Source of the DNA: a virus
Reading direction: 5' to 3' (one strand)
Virus record (IMG/VR): IMGVR_UViG_3300008113_000014
Location: 44,864-108,863 of that record
Length of the DNA stretch: 64,000 nucleotides
The notes below the pieces were generated by a model. It made no database searches. It saw nothing but the letters and a program-made list of their open reading frames with translations, and was not told the origin of the DNA. The position numbers and the translations under genes are program-made. How positions within the stretch are numbered: position 1 is the first letter of the stretch; the number at the start of each line of letters is the position of its first letter. Positions 19,883 to 29,910 of the stretch are shown here, piece after piece.

Positions 19883-20593
19883 TTATCTAACAAATATGTA
19901 CATATTTTTAGCGACCATTGAGGCATCGTTATCTGTCAGTATTTCTGGGAAAGCTCCATAATTCCTAACCATATCGTTTTCTACCACAAAAGTATGCTCT
20001 AGCGAAATATCATATGAAAATTGATATTTTAGGTTTGCAGCAAAAGTAGTTGGGCTAATACCTGAATCTGGGATATAGGTCTTGAACCAAACTTCCGTAT
20101 TATTACTAAATGTTGTTAAGACTATATCATAACGAACTGTTACAATTGATCCAACCTTTAATGCTGTTAGGTTTATTTTTTGTGACTGTGCATTATACAA
20201 AGAGACATTATTTTCTGGTAAGTATTGTTCATTATTCTTGCCTTTGCAGTCAAAGTTAAATCTGACCCATCCGTCATTTCCTTTTGTAGCACCTAAAATA
20301 ATATTTTTTTGATCTTTATTTGTGTATAGGGCCCAGCCAGATTTTTGTCCTGATGGAGATAGACCACTATCCCCTGCTTTTCCGTCTCTGCCATCTTTTC
20401 CAGGCTTTCCAGCCTCTCCTTGAGGTCCTGGTATGCCTTGTATTCCAGTATCCCCTGTGTCGCCTTTTGGCCCTCTTTCTCCTTGGGCTCCAGGAACTGC
20501 AACATATGAAATTGATTGTTCTAGCTCGTATGGTTGAACAATGTTGTCTGAATATTTTTTTGCTTTACCTGGAAAATCCATGCTTTTTGCCAT
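19883..20593 (-). CDS. Collagen-like (Gly-X-Y) repeat protein
   Basis: GAQGERGPKGDTGDTGIQGIPGPQGEAGKPGKDGRDGKAGDSG. Confidence 0.8.
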   Translation of the reverse strand: MAKSMDFPGKAKKYSDNIVQPYELEQSISYVAVPGAQGERGPKGDTGDTGIQGIPGPQGEAGKPGKDGRDGKAGDSGLSPSGQKSGWALYTNKDQKNIILGATKGNDGWVRFNFDCKGKNNEQYLPENNVSLYNAQSQKINLTALKVGSIVTVRYDIVLTTFSNNTEVWFKTYIPDSGISPTTFAANLKYQFSYDISLEHTFVVENDMVRNYGAFPEILTDNDASMVAKNMYIFVR

Positions 20594-20689
20594 GGGTTAA
20601 TTCCTATTTCTTAACCTTGAATACCTTTGTGCCAATTTTAATAATTGGAGGCATTTTTGTTGTTTGAACAGTAGCTTTTACAACTGGCA

Positions 20690-21091
20690 TTACAAGCCTC
20701 CTGGAGTAATATCGCCAAGCACACAAATTGATCCAATTACTGGAGTCCAGACTGTGTTCTCTGATTCTCCTTGAGATTTTGGAATTGTTGCTTGTAAATC
20801 AAATGGTAGTTCTGCTACAACTGAGGTGTATTTGCTTCCCCAATTTTGTGTAATGTCTGATGAAATAAAAATTGTTGCGGTATGACCAGAAACAGTTACT
20901 TTAAGCTCATCAAGAATATCACCAGCAGGATCGTAGGCGGTAGATGAGAATGACCAAGTACTAATATTCCATCCAGTAACCTCGTCGTCTTGAAGGAATT
21001 GAACAGCAAGGGTAGAAGAGTCTCCACGCACAACAGTCCATTGGATATGAGCTGGTGTGGCTCCTAATTTCTCTGTTGTTGGGGTGCACAT
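20690..21091 (-). CDS. BppU-like virion protein
   Basis: WTVVRGDSSTL...FDLQ...WTPVIG; paralog of 9763-10176. Confidence 0.5.
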   Translation of the reverse strand: MCTPTTEKLGATPAHIQWTVVRGDSSTLAVQFLQDDEVTGWNISTWSFSSTAYDPAGDILDELKVTVSGHTATIFISSDITQNWGSKYTSVVAELPFDLQATIPKSQGESENTVWTPVIGSICVLGDITPGGL

Positions 21092-21418
21092 ATGATTGAT
21101 TATACCATAAAATAAAGCTAGTACTCAGACGCAGTGGGGTGGGTTAGAATCTGAGTACTAGCAGGCTTAAAGTATAACATTATTTATTTAACTATATACA
21201 AAATGGACATTTAGGACACTAAAATTTTATAAGGCCAGGGTATTTGAAATTGTTACCAAAAAGTTATAATTAGGAATATACAAAATGTCCGTTTTATACA
21301 CATTGAATAAATTGTTGATAGTGTATACTTAAAATATATAAAGAAAAGAACTATATCTAAACAAGGTTTTTAAAAGATAGTTTATATATTTTATATAAAG
21401 GAAAATAGGAAAATTAGG

Positions 21419-21703
21419 TTACTTGGATTTAGCAATATAATCTAAAAGAATATCATACATATGATCTAGCTTATCACTAGTTGCTTTTCTTTTATCTCTA
21501 GCATTTTCTTGTTCAACCTTAATTGCTTTAATTTCATCACGCATAGAAGATCCGCCGTTAGTTTTAGTTTCTGATCTGATATCTTCTACAGCTTCTGCAA
21601 TTGGTGCTACTTGAATTTTTATATACCAGCGAATTGAGCCTACTATGACTGTTCCAATTGATAATAAGGCAAGAATGAATTGAGCCCAGTCAGTAGTAGT
21701 CAT
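21419..21703 (-). CDS. Single-pass membrane protein (holin-like)
   Basis: N-terminal TM helix, NGGSSMRD motif, coiled-coil tail. Confidence 0.55.
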   Translation of the reverse strand: MTTTDWAQFILALLSIGTVIVGSIRWYIKIQVAPIAEAVEDIRSETKTNGGSSMRDEIKAIKVEQENARDKRKATSDKLDHMYDILLDYIAKSK

Positions 21704-21890
21704 AATAAGATTATTATATCATTATATAAGACAAAGTTCGGCGGGTGGATACAAAAAATTAAAGTGCTGCTTTTAAGTTTCGCCACTAAGTGAGTTGCAT
21801 TAAAGTCGTCGCCGAAATAGAGATATCAAACCATCACATAGACACACATGGATTGACACAATCCTAGCATGTCTGATACAATGGAATTCT

Positions 21891-22514
21891 ATGCTTGATG
21901 AAATCAAAAATGTTTTAATTGGTGGTTTGCTATCCAAATTGGCAATCCATCATTCTGTATATCGTTTACCTTGTACAAGTGAATATTTAGAAGAACTTGT
22001 ATCTGATGTGCTAAACGAAAACGGTATGCCAAATGACTGGAAGCCCGATAGAAGCCATAGCGTCAGTATAGACATGACTTTAGAGTCAGGACATAGTATA
22101 TCCGTCAAGTCAGGAAGATATGACCCAGTAAAAGGAACTCTTGTTATATCTGGATCTAGGCTAGGCAAACACGAAACATTAGAAAAGATGGTTGAGAGTG
22201 TTTCTTCTACACATGCTGATTACTATGTGTGTTTAGCCAAAGCAGACCAGGATTGGTCCTCTATACCGTCCAAAAATGAGATTAAGACATATCACCTATT
22301 TGTATTTGAAGCGTCAAACCTTGATTATGGTTTTGAGCATTGGTCAAGAAAAGAATCTAAGCATGGCAAAGGCTACAAATATGTAATGGAGATACCTGGG
22401 ATGTCAGCTACTATACGTCCTACTATGTCTCATCAGTTGTGGACTACTGTATCTTGTGATATCATTGGTATACCGTCCAAATTGGAAATTAACAACGACT
22501 TTGGAACATACTAA
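21891..22514 (+). CDS. Putative PD-(D/E)xK restriction-endonuclease-like protein
   Basis: E..LE..., SIDMT...ISVKSG spacing; promoter TTGACA-N17-TACAAT, leaderless. Confidence 0.45.
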   Translation: MLDEIKNVLIGGLLSKLAIHHSVYRLPCTSEYLEELVSDVLNENGMPNDWKPDRSHSVSIDMTLESGHSISVKSGRYDPVKGTLVISGSRLGKHETLEKMVESVSSTHADYYVCLAKADQDWSSIPSKNEIKTYHLFVFEASNLDYGFEHWSRKESKHGKGYKYVMEIPGMSATIRPTMSHQLWTTVSCDIIGIPSKLEINNDFGTY

Positions 22515-22541
22515 AGTCCCGCACAGAAAAGGTGATATAAT

Positions 22542-22727
22542 ATGAACGAAGAAGAAGTAATTGCATTTATGCTAGAAAGTCTTAACAAAGATAATCGTGA
22601 TATTTGCACAAACAATGGAATGGCTCCAGAAGAAATTGAGAAGTCAATTGAACAAAGCCAAGGATCACTCGCCTTTATGATGAGTAATCTATATAGTAGA
22701 ATGAAGGAGAAAAACTTAATTGCTTAA
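22542..22727 (+). CDS. Hypothetical protein
   Basis: 61 aa acidic ORF. Confidence 0.55.
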   Translation: MNEEEVIAFMLESLNKDNRDICTNNGMAPEEIEKSIEQSQGSLAFMMSNLYSRMKEKNLIA

Positions 22728-24408
22728 ATACTATTATCGTCCATCTGAAGCAATTCTTGATGACACATTGATTAAGATTAAAGGCAATGCTGACACAATT
22801 CGCATTGTAGTACAAGCAGAGTCACGTGATGAAGCTCTTGAGTTTGCTAAAGGAATTATTAATATGGCAAATTGGGAATTGGATCACTCAGAAGAGTAAT
22901 CTTCCCAAAACTTGTCTCTGCCCATATTGTCTGTATTAGGCATATGGGTAGATTCTTTTTCAGAGCAATTTATGCATACCGTTTCTGAAAAAATTTGTGT
23001 TTGAAGGTTGTTTGAATCCTCAAATTCTAAGTATGCTTCTAGGTTATCTAAAAATCCCACTGCTTAGACCCCTTTAAAAAATTATTCTGCTTCTGGTTCT
23101 GACCTGTGTGAGTTTTTACATGTGCACTCTGTGCAGCATCTGACAGGTAGCTTTGGTGCAGGTTCTGTTGTATTTTCCATAGATTCAGTATATCACAATA
23201 TGGTGAAAATCTGAAAAAAATTTGATTTAGGCAAAATCTGAATATTTCTTATCTGTGTATGATACATACATAAAGAAAATAAATACAAAAAAAATAGTGA
23301 GCACACAAGATGAATGCCCACTACCTAGCTGGATCTACTGCCACCTTTTGTTTTAGGTGTAGTACCCTATTCGCATTTGCAAGGGTCTATGCGTGTAGTA
23401 CCCTCATCAAAAATAATGATGCCAGTATCTCCACACGCCTCGCATGTGTGTGCGTACATGGCACTTATCATTTATTTACCTTAATGTCCATGACATTGGC
23501 TGAAAACTTTTTAACCTTGCCTAATTCGCTTTCGTTTAGTGATGCGATGAGGTGGTCAATAGCCTTAATCTCATGGGCGATGTTATCTATTGAAATTAAC
23601 TTAGAGCCTTGCCAAATTGAGTATTTGATTTCCATAATTAGTTTTCTTCTTTCGCTAGTAGGTGAGAGTTATTGAGAGGGCGTGATGATGATGAGAACAT
23701 AGCCTCAATCTTAGCCTTATCTTTTTCACGCTGAATTGCATAGCGTTCTTGTTGTTCTTTTCTAATTCGTTCTAGTGTATTCATTTAATGAGTACCTTTC
23801 GTTTTTAACTGTTAGCGATTTGCTAACCTTTTGCTGACCTAGGTTATTTGCCTACTATGTAGGGCTCACTAGGATTTGTGTTACTATTTAATTGTTATAG
23901 GAGTATCCTATCACATACCCTGCCAAAAGTCAAGGCGACACGCCGTTGGCGTGGTGTGATATAGGTCACGCTCCAAGCGTGAAGCATAGGATAACGGCTA
24001 TCGCTACGCCTACAAAGGCTCCAATTAGTCCGTAAGCGACATTCTCATCTAGGAAATCTTGTAGTGCTGTAAATGGGTTCATGTTAGTGACCTTTCGTTT
24101 AGTAGTTATATTTTAACTATCTAATACTGCAAGTATAACATGGATACCTGTCAAAGTCAAGTCCTGACACGGCGTGTCGCATGTGATGTCGCTCACATCG
24201 CCTCGGGCGACTTGTCAAATCAACACGCCGATCATTTTAAGATTGTTATGAGATTGTTATAGTTTTCCCATAAATGTGACCTACATCTCATGTGATACGG
24301 CTCACAATGTCCGAATTGGTAGCATTTTGGATTAGACATTTGTCAGACCCCCATGCTACAATTACAGTATAAAGAAAAACAAGCGGTAAAGAAATCCGCT
24401 AAAGAAAG

Positions 24409-24594
24409 GTGGTCACTATGACTACACTAAACACACTATGCAAGTGGCATGAGCCTCTTGTTTCCGCTATCTCAGAAATTGGAGATGAGCAATTTACACT
24501 ATGCATGAATTGCGATAGCAACATTGAGCGTTACTACTATGATAGTGACCCTGAGCAATTTCCTACATGGACAGATTGGTATGTGACTAAATGA
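24409..24594 (+). CDS. Small Cys-containing early protein
   Basis: Downstream of promoter 24341 and AAGAAAGG RBS; CxxC. Confidence 0.55.
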   Translation: MVTMTTLNTLCKWHEPLVSAISEIGDEQFTLCMNCDSNIERYYYDSDPEQFPTWTDWYVTK

Positions 24595-24773
24595 ACGACA
24601 CTATGCAATTTATAGATGAGCAAGGCTTATGCGCTATGGATAACATTTGCGCTTTCTGCATAACACTATTTGACGGGTGGAATAGATTTTGCCCTAGATG
24701 TAAGGACTATAAGGGCGTTATGGCTCTCCCTGATTTTATCAATACCTATGGAAAGGACGGACTCTCTAAATGA
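24591..24773 (+). CDS. Small zinc-finger-like protein
   Basis: CAFC and CPRC pairs. Confidence 0.6.
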   Translation: MNDTMQFIDEQGLCAMDNICAFCITLFDGWNRFCPRCKDYKGVMALPDFINTYGKDGLSK

Positions 24774-26284
24774 GTACCTTTGTTAATCTCCCCTCAGTAT
24801 GTGGGGCAACATCTGCAAGCGTAGATGTGTATGACTTAGACCTTAACCCTCATGGGGTTATCTGTTGTGACAATTGCAAATCAATTGTGTTATGCCGTAA
24901 GGCTTGGGACTACCTATACAAGGAGGCTAAGTAATGCCAGTATTTAATTTTGAGTTATTTGTAGATGTAGAAGCAGATGATTTTGAGTCTGCCTTATCAT
25001 GGCTAAAGGCTATGCCACTAGAGAGACAACTAGATTTCCATGTCATTGACTATAAGCAATTGGAGGCTTAACAAATGAAAAAAAATGTTTTAATTAGTTT
25101 TGTAACTGAAGCAGACACAGACCTTCAAGCAGTTTTTAATTTGAATAAAGTTTTTGCTAAACTTAGCGAAAACGAATTAGAAAAATTTAATGCGTTTGAA
25201 GTTTTACCTGTTGAATAAATAAAGCCAAGATCGCAGAAATAAAAACTCTGCGATTTTTGCCTCGGGGAGCTGTGTGATGAGTATCACAAAAAATAATTCT
25301 ACGACACGCCCGAAAAGGTCCCCAATTTGTCAGTGGTACCTGCTAGAATTGCTAGTATAAACAAAAAGAAAGGTCGTTAAATAAATGACACTAGATGAAT
25401 ACAAGGCGCTTGTAGAAGCGCAACGCAAGGCAAGCACCTTGCAAGCCATGTCCCTACTAAAGAAAGGCTCAGACAAATGAGCACTTTTGATAGAATACTA
25501 AAAGAGCAACAAGAAAAAAGAATTGCTCAATCAATAAAAGATAAAGCGGTTATTGAAGCCATGTTCTCCAATAACAATCGCCCCCTTAACAATAATCATG
25601 AATTAAAGAAAGTAGAAAACTAATGAAAACTAATTTTGAGATTTCTCAACAGATAAACACTCTTGCTAAAAAGCACTATGGAGACATGGACTTAGCATGG
25701 TCATGGGGTTGCGCCCAAGCACTACTAACTACACCACAGTTAGAGTTAATTCTAGGAATACTATTAGAGAAGGAGCCAGATAATGCCAGTATTTAATTTT
25801 GACATTTCTGTTACCATTGAGGACGATAATTTTGAGTCTGCTTTATCATGGTTAAAAGTTATTCCATTGGAACGACTTGATTTTATTGTTGTTGATTATA
25901 CAGAATTGGAGTTAGACTAATGCTGGTTGTTTTAATTGCTATCACTTCATTTGCTTTTGTAATTTGGATGCATAACGGAGCATAATAAAAAAAGATCACA
26001 GAACTAAAAAGCTGTGATTTTTGCTCGGGCGTTTTCCACAGGCTGTGTATAACTTATGTGTTTAAGGTCACACAAAATCTTTCCCATTTTACGGCGTGTC
26101 GTTTTGACTTCCTGAAACTTATCTGGTATCCTTGTAGGTATAACAATTAAATAAAGATAAATCAGGCAGTGAGCCTAGCAAATAAATGTGACGAGTATCA
26201 CAGTGAGCCTAGCGAATAAATGCCAAGATTTGTCAGCCCCCCGTGATAGGATAGTCTTATCACTTAAAGAAAGGAAGTCTATAA

Positions 26285-26482
26285 ATGACTTACACTATAA
26301 CACTAGAAACCTTTAATGGTTCTACTAAAAAAATCAACCTTGCCTCTAAGGGTGCGGTTGCTCAATTCGTATCACAATACCCAACACAATTACCTGTTGG
26401 CGTATCTGTAAAAATCGCTTGCGATACTCTTGGAATAAGTGGCACACTTCGTGGCACTTCTACACTAACAAAAACAAACTAA
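26285..26482 (+). CDS. Hypothetical early protein
   Basis: Follows promoter 26231 and AAGGAAG RBS. Confidence 0.65.
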   Translation: MTYTITLETFNGSTKKINLASKGAVAQFVSQYPTQLPVGVSVKIACDTLGISGTLRGTSTLTKTN

Positions 26483-26501
26483 AGAATAGGAAATAAAATA
26501 A

Positions 26502-26705
26502 ATGAAAATTGAACACAATCTAAAATTCGTAACTGAATTTGCAGAGGGCCACCCTGTAACTGCAACAGTAATGGCACTTGATGAAAGCACTCGTATCCTT
26601 ATGCTAGAGTCAATGCTAAAAGATTTGGTAGGCTCTCGCCTGCAACCTATCCTTGATGAAATAAATGCTGGTGGGTCCTATGCAATTCTAAAGGTGGCCG
26701 AATAA
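26502..26705 (+). CDS. Hypothetical early protein
   Basis: RBS and operon context. Confidence 0.6.
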   Translation: MKIEHNLKFVTEFAEGHPVTATVMALDESTRILMLESMLKDLVGSRLQPILDEINAGGSYAILKVAE

Positions 26706-26905
26706 TGATGACTCGTAAAGACTATGTAAAAGTTGCCGAAATTCTTAGCAACTATTTTGCTACATCTGTTTTTGATGAACAAGGAGAAATTTTATTTGCT
26801 GATTTGGTAGATGAATTTTCTCTAATGTTTGAAACTGATAACCCAAGATTTGACTCTGACAGATTTGCTATTGCTTGCTATAAAGAATTGGAGATGTCAA
26901 ATTGA
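26705..26905 (+). CDS. Hypothetical early protein
   Basis: MTRKDY...DNPRFD..RF..AC pattern common in small phage proteins. Confidence 0.7.
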   Translation: MMTRKDYVKVAEILSNYFATSVFDEQGEILFADLVDEFSLMFETDNPRFDSDRFAIACYKELEMSN

Positions 26906-27057
26906 TTTTAGATACTGGAACACTAATCGCAATCGTAATTGCACTTGGCGGATCTTTAACAGTTATGTGTTTATTTTGGAAACAAAATATTGCACAACAA
27001 AAAGAAATTCGCAGATTACAAATTTTATTGCGAACTGAGCGACTAAAATAAAATAAA

Positions 27058-27087
27058 AGACCTGAGCATGTCTGTGCAAAACTGCTT
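27058..27087 (+). ncRNA. Mini H-type pseudoknot repeat, copy 1
   Basis: AGAC-CTGAGCAT-GTCT-gtgcaaaac-TGCTT. Confidence 0.55.
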
Positions 27088-27324
27088 GATCCTTTTAAAT
27101 AAAAAAAGCTCGGGGGTTTTTCCACAGGCCTTTGTGGATAACTTTACGTGGTTGTGATTTTTCTCACATTTGTTGAGCGTCTCATTATTTAAGACTACTC
27201 ACTAGTAGGTTGATAAATTATGATTAACAGGATAGACTTACATAGTAAGAAAAAATAAATAACCGAAATTTGTCAGACCCTAGTGGTAGGATAAATAAAT
27301 AACAACAAAGAAAGAGGTTGGCAA

Positions 27325-27537
27325 ATGTCAGCAAATGTCTATTCAATAGAAAACCTACTTGTAGGAAAAACTTATCACTCACGCACTTTAACAGGCGAAA
27401 TCATAGATGCAGAAAAGTCTGATGTCTTTTATGGCTCAGGCTTAGAAAGTTATCGTGTTCAGGTTCGCCCACACTATCCTTCAGTATTTAATCTAAAGGA
27501 CACTTATCGTATTCTATCAGTAAAGGTTGGAGAATAA
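27325..27537 (+). CDS. Hypothetical early protein
   Basis: Follows promoter 27271, GAGG RBS. Confidence 0.65.
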   Translation: MSANVYSIENLLVGKTYHSRTLTGEIIDAEKSDVFYGSGLESYRVQVRPHYPSVFNLKDTYRILSVKVGE

Positions 27538-27541
27538 ATAA

Positions 27542-27733
27542 ATGGGAAACTTACTAGACTTTTTGGTTGATTGTGTTGATTGCCATGATGAGGGTGTCCT
27601 CTTTTTTGGTAATGGTGGCGAGGAATACGACTCAGAATTTTGCGATTGCGCTAAAGGCGTGTCGCTTGAAAATGAATACTGTGCATGGTATGCTGAAAGT
27701 ATCATGAACGAAAACTATAAGGAGAATAACTAA
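27542..27733 (+). CDS. Small zinc-binding protein
   Basis: CVDCHDEG...FCDCAKG. Confidence 0.65.
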   Translation: MGNLLDFLVDCVDCHDEGVLFFGNGGEEYDSEFCDCAKGVSLENEYCAWYAESIMNENYKENN

Positions 27734-27951
27734 TGAACGAATACCTATACTCAGTTACTTGTACCTATGACTCAGATACCTCCACCACTTGGGTAGGGCG
27801 TTATAGTGACGCTTTATCTGCCGTTGAAAGTTATCAAAAGTTTATTGACCATGGACTTGCTAAAGAATACTCAACAATTAACTTGTCTGAACCTTCAGGC
27901 AAGATGCACACAAAAACTTTCTACAAAACAGGATTGGTGGTAACACGATAA
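27733..27951 (+). CDS. Hypothetical protein
   Basis: TAATG coupling, GGAG RBS. Confidence 0.65.
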   Translation: MNEYLYSVTCTYDSDTSTTWVGRYSDALSAVESYQKFIDHGLAKEYSTINLSEPSGKMHTKTFYKTGLVVTR

Positions 27952-28274
27952 TGGGACACAATACAGCGATTGACTTAGCAGAAAACATTGACATAAGCCT
28001 TGAACAGGCTATCGGTTATCACTTACAGGGTAATCACTACCCACCCGTACCGCTAAGCATGGTTCAGCCTTGCATTGAGGCGTTAGACGCTGCACGAGAA
28101 ATGGACGCCATGCGCCAGATTGAAATGCCTGAAGGCATAACCTATAAGGGCAAAACTCATGCACCAGCATGGGCTATCATTGAACAACACCACTTGGACG
28201 CTTGGTTGCCACAAGATGAGGCAGACTATTGGGAAGAAGATGCAGGCTATGAATCAGGATTAGGTTTAGAATAA
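27951..28274 (+). CDS. Hypothetical phage protein
   Basis: HLQGNHYPPVP...IIEQHHLDAW; coupled start. Confidence 0.7.
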   Translation: MGHNTAIDLAENIDISLEQAIGYHLQGNHYPPVPLSMVQPCIEALDAAREMDAMRQIEMPEGITYKGKTHAPAWAIIEQHHLDAWLPQDEADYWEEDAGYESGLGLE

Positions 28275-28348
28275 ATGAGTACTTTTTTTATTCCACACTC
28301 AAAGTATTGCGATTGCCCAGAGTGTTTAGACATGGAGGAACAGAATAA

Positions 28349-28582
28349 ATGAGTGCTACAATTATTGACATGGAACTTGTAAAAGCTGATTCTCTAACTG
28401 TTGATGCGTTAGAACTTGGCGATCTAATTGGTTATGGTGATGAGATTGTTGAAGTAACTTTTATTGAATGTGATTCAACGGGAGATAACTATGACATTCA
28501 AATTGTAAATGATTTTGGTGAAAAAGAAATTGTTCAGTTTGCATTTGATGAAGAAGTTGATTGGTACGTTTATTTAGATTGA
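28349..28582 (+). CDS. Hypothetical acidic protein
   Basis: GGAGG RBS; SH3-like beta pattern. Confidence 0.6.
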   Translation: MSATIIDMELVKADSLTVDALELGDLIGYGDEIVEVTFIECDSTGDNYDIQIVNDFGEKEIVQFAFDEEVDWYVYLD

Positions 28583-28808
28583 AAAACGCCCGAGGGGGCC
28601 CTGTGAGATTCATCACATTTACGAGATTTGATATTTTTCCCCATATCTGGTAAAATTATTACATGAAGAAAAATGCTGAGGAATTAAGACGCCTAATGGA
28701 ATTACGGCGATCTAATGCAGCCTCCGCTGTTCCAAATAAAAAAAAGTATGATAGAAAAAAATGTCAGTCCCTTATGCTAAAATTAAAGAAAGAAAGCGAG
28801 TAGCCACC

Positions 28809-29531
28809 ATGTCAAAATTACTTAGAAGCAAAGATAGGAAAGTAGCAAATGCAGTTACACCAAATGGAAAACAAGCAAGTATCGCCAACACTTTCGGATT
28901 ACCCGCAGGCAAGGCTTATTCATGTCCTGGAGCGACTAGCGTATGCGAGAGTGTTTGTTATGCTGGCAAGCTTGAAAAAGTATTCCCAACAGTAAAGAAA
29001 AACTTATTGCACAATTGGGAATTAGTTAAAGACGCAGACCATGACACTATTGAAGCATTGCTTGAAGACATGATTAGTGAGTTTATTGCAGACTGCAAAA
29101 AGAAAGACGCACCCATGCTATTCCGTATCCACTGGGACGGGGATTTCTTTAATGACACTTACACATTCGCATGGAAGCATGTCATTCTTAATCATCCTGA
29201 AATTCAATTCTGGGTTTATACAAGAGTTAAGTCTGCAGCGGTAATGCTTAAGGACATTGATAATCTATCTTTATACTATTCTACAGATAGTGAGAATAAG
29301 TCTATTGGCGTTACCCTGAAAAAAGATCATGGTATTCGTCTTGCATACCTTGCTAAGAATTTCTTAGTAGGACAAGCAGACATGAAAGAGATGATAGGCA
29401 AGGTAGGGGCTAAGTGTCCTGAGAATAAAAAGGCTATCCCACTTATCTCAACAAATGGTTCGGCTTGCGTTTCTTGCTCATTGTGTGTATACTCAAAGAG
29501 TGACATAGTATTTTCATCAAGTAAAAAGTAA
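28809..29531 (+). CDS. GP88-family (radical-SAM-like) protein
   Basis: FGLPAG...CPGATSVCESVCYA, FRIHWDGDF, FWVYTR, C-terminal CPE...CVSCSLC; start corrected to MSKLL. Confidence 0.75.
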   Translation: MSKLLRSKDRKVANAVTPNGKQASIANTFGLPAGKAYSCPGATSVCESVCYAGKLEKVFPTVKKNLLHNWELVKDADHDTIEALLEDMISEFIADCKKKDAPMLFRIHWDGDFFNDTYTFAWKHVILNHPEIQFWVYTRVKSAAVMLKDIDNLSLYYSTDSENKSIGVTLKKDHGIRLAYLAKNFLVGQADMKEMIGKVGAKCPENKKAIPLISTNGSACVSCSLCVYSKSDIVFSSSKK

Positions 29532-29719
29532 GGAGATAAATGGAAAGCCTATTTATCCTATTAGTAATGGGGTTATTAGTGTTTATGATTTACCAATAAG
29601 TGACTTACATCACACCCGTAAGCGTCTCAAATAGTGAGAAATACAAGAAATGGAGTTGAAAAATGTCAGTAGGAAATGTTATACTTAATACATACAACAA
29701 ACTAAAAAGGAGAAACAAC

Positions 29720-29884
29720 ATGACAGTAGCAAATACATACAAGGTAGGCGACCTCTACACATCACAGAAGTCAAAGGTAACAGGAACAATTCTTGAAATC
29801 TCACCTACTGCAAAGGACACAGTTCGTGTTAAGTTAGATGTTAATGGTAACACACGCTGGACAACATGGAAAGCGCAATCGTAA
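29720..29884 (+). CDS. Small SH3-like protein
   Basis: AAGGAG RBS before ATG 29720; YKVGD...G.I.EI. Confidence 0.6.
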   Translation: MTVANTYKVGDLYTSQKSKVTGTILEISPTAKDTVRVKLDVNGNTRWTTWKAQS

Positions 29885-29910
29885 TCTAACAAGCCAGTTA
29901 GATAGTAACT

